In this document: in pieces, positions 61,562 to 64,000 of the stretch | Numbering within the stretch: the stretch's first letter is position 1 | How the letters are laid out: every line of letters starts with the position of its first letter | Source of the DNA: Candidatus Eiseniibacteriota bacterium | GTDB lineage: Bacteria > Eisenbacteria > RBG-16-71-46 | Direction: 5' to 3' | DNA length: 64,000 bases | NCBI GenBank assembly: GCA_963707915.1 | Contig: OY970178.1 | Location: 1,248,001-1,312,000, forward strand | The notes under the pieces: generated by a model | Told to the model about the DNA's origin: nothing | Databases searched by the model: none | Seen by the model: the letters and a program-made list of their open reading frames with translations, nothing else | Made by a program: the position numbers and the translations under genes

Positions 61562-62094
61562 CGCTGGCTCCTGCAAGTTAGATGACCCCGCGGACATCGC
61601 GTTGCTGCCGCGATCCGCCAGTGCATGTCGAAGTTCGATCGGGGTTGTTCAGGAATCGTCGGTAGTACGCGGTCCGGGACATCGGCCGGTGGCTGACCAA
61701 GGCTGGTCGGTCCGAAGATCCGTAGCTCGCTTGCGGTGTGGGGGCCGGGCCTCAGGGCCGCCCCATGCATCTAGCGGGGAACGAGGACTAGCCTCTACCC
61801 ATGGACCGGACAACGCAAGGTGAATCGTGAGACTGTATCGATACAGCTCCACCACTGTCCAGGTCCAGGTCAACCCGTCGGCTCGCGGGGATGCCCGATG
61901 GCGCCTGGGCAGCAGGAATGCCCGTCCGCCACCCGTGTCTGGTCTGCCTTTCGGGAGCTAACGGACCCCAGGTGACAGACATAGGGCTGTGTCAGGCCCG
62001 GGTGCGGGGCGCCCGACGGGTCCTTCGCGGCGCGGGGAGGCTGCGGAGACAGGTCCGAGTCCCGCGCACCGTCCTGAGCTTGGCCGGAGGGCTC

Positions 62095-62177
62095 CAGGCG
62101 ACCTCGCACGGGGTGCGGAGGGGGCTGACGGACGGTCGGTCCAGATCGGCAGCCGTCGGCATGCGGCACTTCTTCAT
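62095..62177 (-). pseudogene. Degenerate tkt N-terminal remnant
   Basis: MKKCRMPTAADLDRPSVSPLRT vs [22 protein letters not shown], same ATGA overlap with pgl. Confidence 0.6.
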
Positions 62178-62872
62178 GGGCCAGGCAGGGGATCCGCTGC
62201 CGCGGCGTCGGTCAGGACCAGCGCCCGGTCGGCACGGACGCGACCGGCTGGGATCGAGGGGTCGCCACGGAGCAGACGCGACAAGGCCGCATGCTTGTCG
62301 GGTCCGGTCACCACCCAGAGGATCCGCCGGGCCCGGCCCAGCAGGGGGAATGTGAGTGTCATGCGCCGGTACCCCTGGAAGGGGTCCGTCGCAACCACGT
62401 CGGCATCGGCGGTGCCGGGCTCCGGGCTCCCCGGGACGAGCGACGCGGTGTGTCCGTCGGCCCCGAGCCCGAGGTGCACCAGGTCGAGCACCGCCGGCCG
62501 GCCCGCGACCGCCTGCAGGATCGCGGCGTATCGGCTCGCGGCAGCGTCCAGGTCCGCGCCTTCGACGGGCATGGCATGGATCTGCCCCGGCGGGACCGGG
62601 ACCCGCGCCAGCAGGTTCTCGCGGAGATGCCGGAGGTTGCGCTCGGGGTGTCCGGCAGGTACCACGCGCTCGTCGACCTGGAAGAGGTGCACGGATGCCC
62701 AGGGCACATCCTCCTCCGCCAGCTTGCGAAGCATGCGCCACGGCGTCGTCCCGCCGCTCGTGGCGAGCAGGAAGCGACCCCGTGCCGCCACCGCGGTCCG
62801 CGCTTCGCCCGCGATGACCGCCGCCGCCCGGCGGGCAACGGCCTCGGCGTCCGGCAGCACTTCGGTCGTCAT
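62174..62872 (-). CDS. pgl: 6-phosphogluconolactonase (copy 2)
   Basis: Same length as and closely similar to 23846..24544. Confidence 0.9.
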   Translation of the reverse strand: MTTEVLPDAEAVARRAAAVIAGEARTAVAARGRFLLATSGGTTPWRMLRKLAEEDVPWASVHLFQVDERVVPAGHPERNLRHLRENLLARVPVPPGQIHAMPVEGADLDAAASRYAAILQAVAGRPAVLDLVHLGLGADGHTASLVPGSPEPGTADADVVATDPFQGYRRMTLTFPLLGRARRILWVVTGPDKHAALSRLLRGDPSIPAGRVRADRALVLTDAAAADPLPGP

Positions 62873-62966
62873 GGTCACCCCTGCCGGGGACCGTGTCCGA
62901 AGGATCCCTGCCTGGCCCCGCCATCGCGGGCGCACCGGGATCCGGCTGCTGCCGCCGCCCTCCCCA

Positions 62967-64000
62967 CTAGCGCAGCCCGCCCGAGTCGAACCAGCCGCCG
63001 GGCACGAACGCCTCGGCCGCCGGTGGCCCCCAGGTTCCGGGCTCGTACTCCGTCGGGGGCTGGTCGGCCCCGAGCACGGGGTCCACGATGCGCCACGCCT
63101 CCTCGACGTAGTCCTGCCGCGCGAAGCGGAACGTCTCGCCCTTCATGGCGTCGCCCAGCAACTCGGCGTACGCGTCGGATTCCTCGCCGTCGTGGTCGTG
63201 AGATGCGACGAGCTCGAGGTCGTGGCCGCGGACCTTCGGACCCGGTTCCCGGACCGTCGCGCCGAGCGCGATGATGAAGTCCGGGCTCAGGCGGAAGCGC
63301 ACGTGGTTCGGGGTCGTCTCGAGCCCCTCCACGATCGGCGGCGGGCGGCGGAGCTTCACGACCACCTCGGTGCGGGTCACGGGCAGATGCTTGCCGGCGC
63401 GGATGAAGAAGGGCACGCCCTGCCAACGCCACGAGTTGACCTCCAGGCGCACGGCGGCATAGGTCTCCGTGCGCGAGTCCGGCGCCACCCCGGACTCCGA
63501 GCGATAGCCGCGGAACTGCCCGCGCACCACTTGCGCGGGCCCGAGCGCGGGGATCGACTTCAACACCTTCACCTTCTCGTCGCGGAGGGTCTCGGTGTCG
63601 GGGCTGCCGGGCGGAGGCTCCATGGCCACGTTCGAGAGCACCTGGAGCAGGTGGTTCTGGATCACGTCGCGGATGGCGCCGGCCCGGTCGTAGAAGGCCC
63701 CCCGGCCATGGATGCCGAAGTTCTCGGCCAGCGTGATCTGCACTTCCTCGACGTAGCGGCGATTCCAGATGGGCTCGAGGAAGGCGTTGGCGAAGCGGAA
63801 GAAGATCAGGTTCTGGACCGCGTCCTTGCCGAGGTAGTGGTCGATGCGGAAGATGACCCGCTCGTCGAAGCGGCCATGCAGGATGGCGTTGAGCCGTCGG
63901 GCGGAGGCGAGATCGCTCCCGAACGGCTTCTCGAGGACGAGTCTCGCCCCGGTGCCGCAGCCGGTCCGTCCGAGCTGCTTCACGACCTCCTCGAAGAGCC
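62967..64000 (-). CDS. zwf: Glucose-6-phosphate dehydrogenase (5' end outside window)
   Basis: [34 protein letters not shown]. Confidence 0.95.
   Translation of the reverse strand, partial: LFEEVVKQLGRTGCGTGARLVLEKPFGSDLASARRLNAILHGRFDERVIFRIDHYLGKDAVQNLIFFRFANAFLEPIWNRRYVEEVQITLAENFGIHGRGAFYDRAGAIRDVIQNHLLQVLSNVAMEPPPGSPDTETLRDEKVKVLKSIPALGPAQVVRGQFRGYRSESGVAPDSRTETYAAVRLEVNSWRWQGVPFFIRAGKHLPVTRTEVVVKLRRPPPIVEGLETTPNHVRFRLSPDFIIALGATVREPGPKVRGHDLELVASHDHDGEESDAYAELLGDAMKGETFRFARQDYVEEAWRIVDPVLGADQPPTEYEPGTWGPPAAEAFVPGGWFDSGGLR

Noticed and set aside
61940..61990. GTCCGTTAGCTC (minus) resembling the tRNA-Lys start
   Set aside because: Match is short and no cloverleaf follows; compatible with chance
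1..64000. CRISPR array, integrase, reverse transcriptase or defence genes
   Set aside because: No repeat-spacer array and no recognisable motifs for these found in the ORF track

Overview
High-GC bacterial DNA. A C-terminal TTWGRLKGLYR motif and a T9SS/FlgD-type tail remnant suggest an Eisenbacteria/Latescibacterota-like lineage (inference). 1-18 kb looks like core genome: an FMN-riboswitch-led, fully overlapping minus-strand chain (ribD-ribE-ribBA-ribH-nusB-metallophosphoesterase-methyltransferase-GT4-flippase-like-DUF2723/TPR), a further methyltransferase, a near-identical second DUF2723 paralog, a secreted protein, a GT-C/TPR-like membrane protein, an OMP, a divergent ychF, a zf-HC2 protein and tRNA-Lys(TTT). 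18.1-42.3 kb looks like an island. It ends at a directly repeated 5' half of tRNA-Lys that carries a CTT anticodon and is followed by hairpins and 10-bp tandem repeats. Its cargo is osmotic-stress and sugar genes: antiporter, USP, a decayed pentose-phosphate operon with IS256 in glk and a gnd::zwf deletion fusion, GH15, sugar porter, otsB/TetR/otsA/TM-helix/DUF5752/treT, pal and ClC. 42.4-64 kb is further accessory DNA: TauE/DUF1634, a TolC-MFP-RND-PII-like-DUF2892-peroxiredoxin-rhodanese module, a cluster of small membrane proteins and lipoproteins including a PA2779/C39 peptidase/TPR trio and an orphan IS3 orfA, and a second zwf-pgl operon with a tkt scar. All family calls come from motif recognition by eye; no searches were run.
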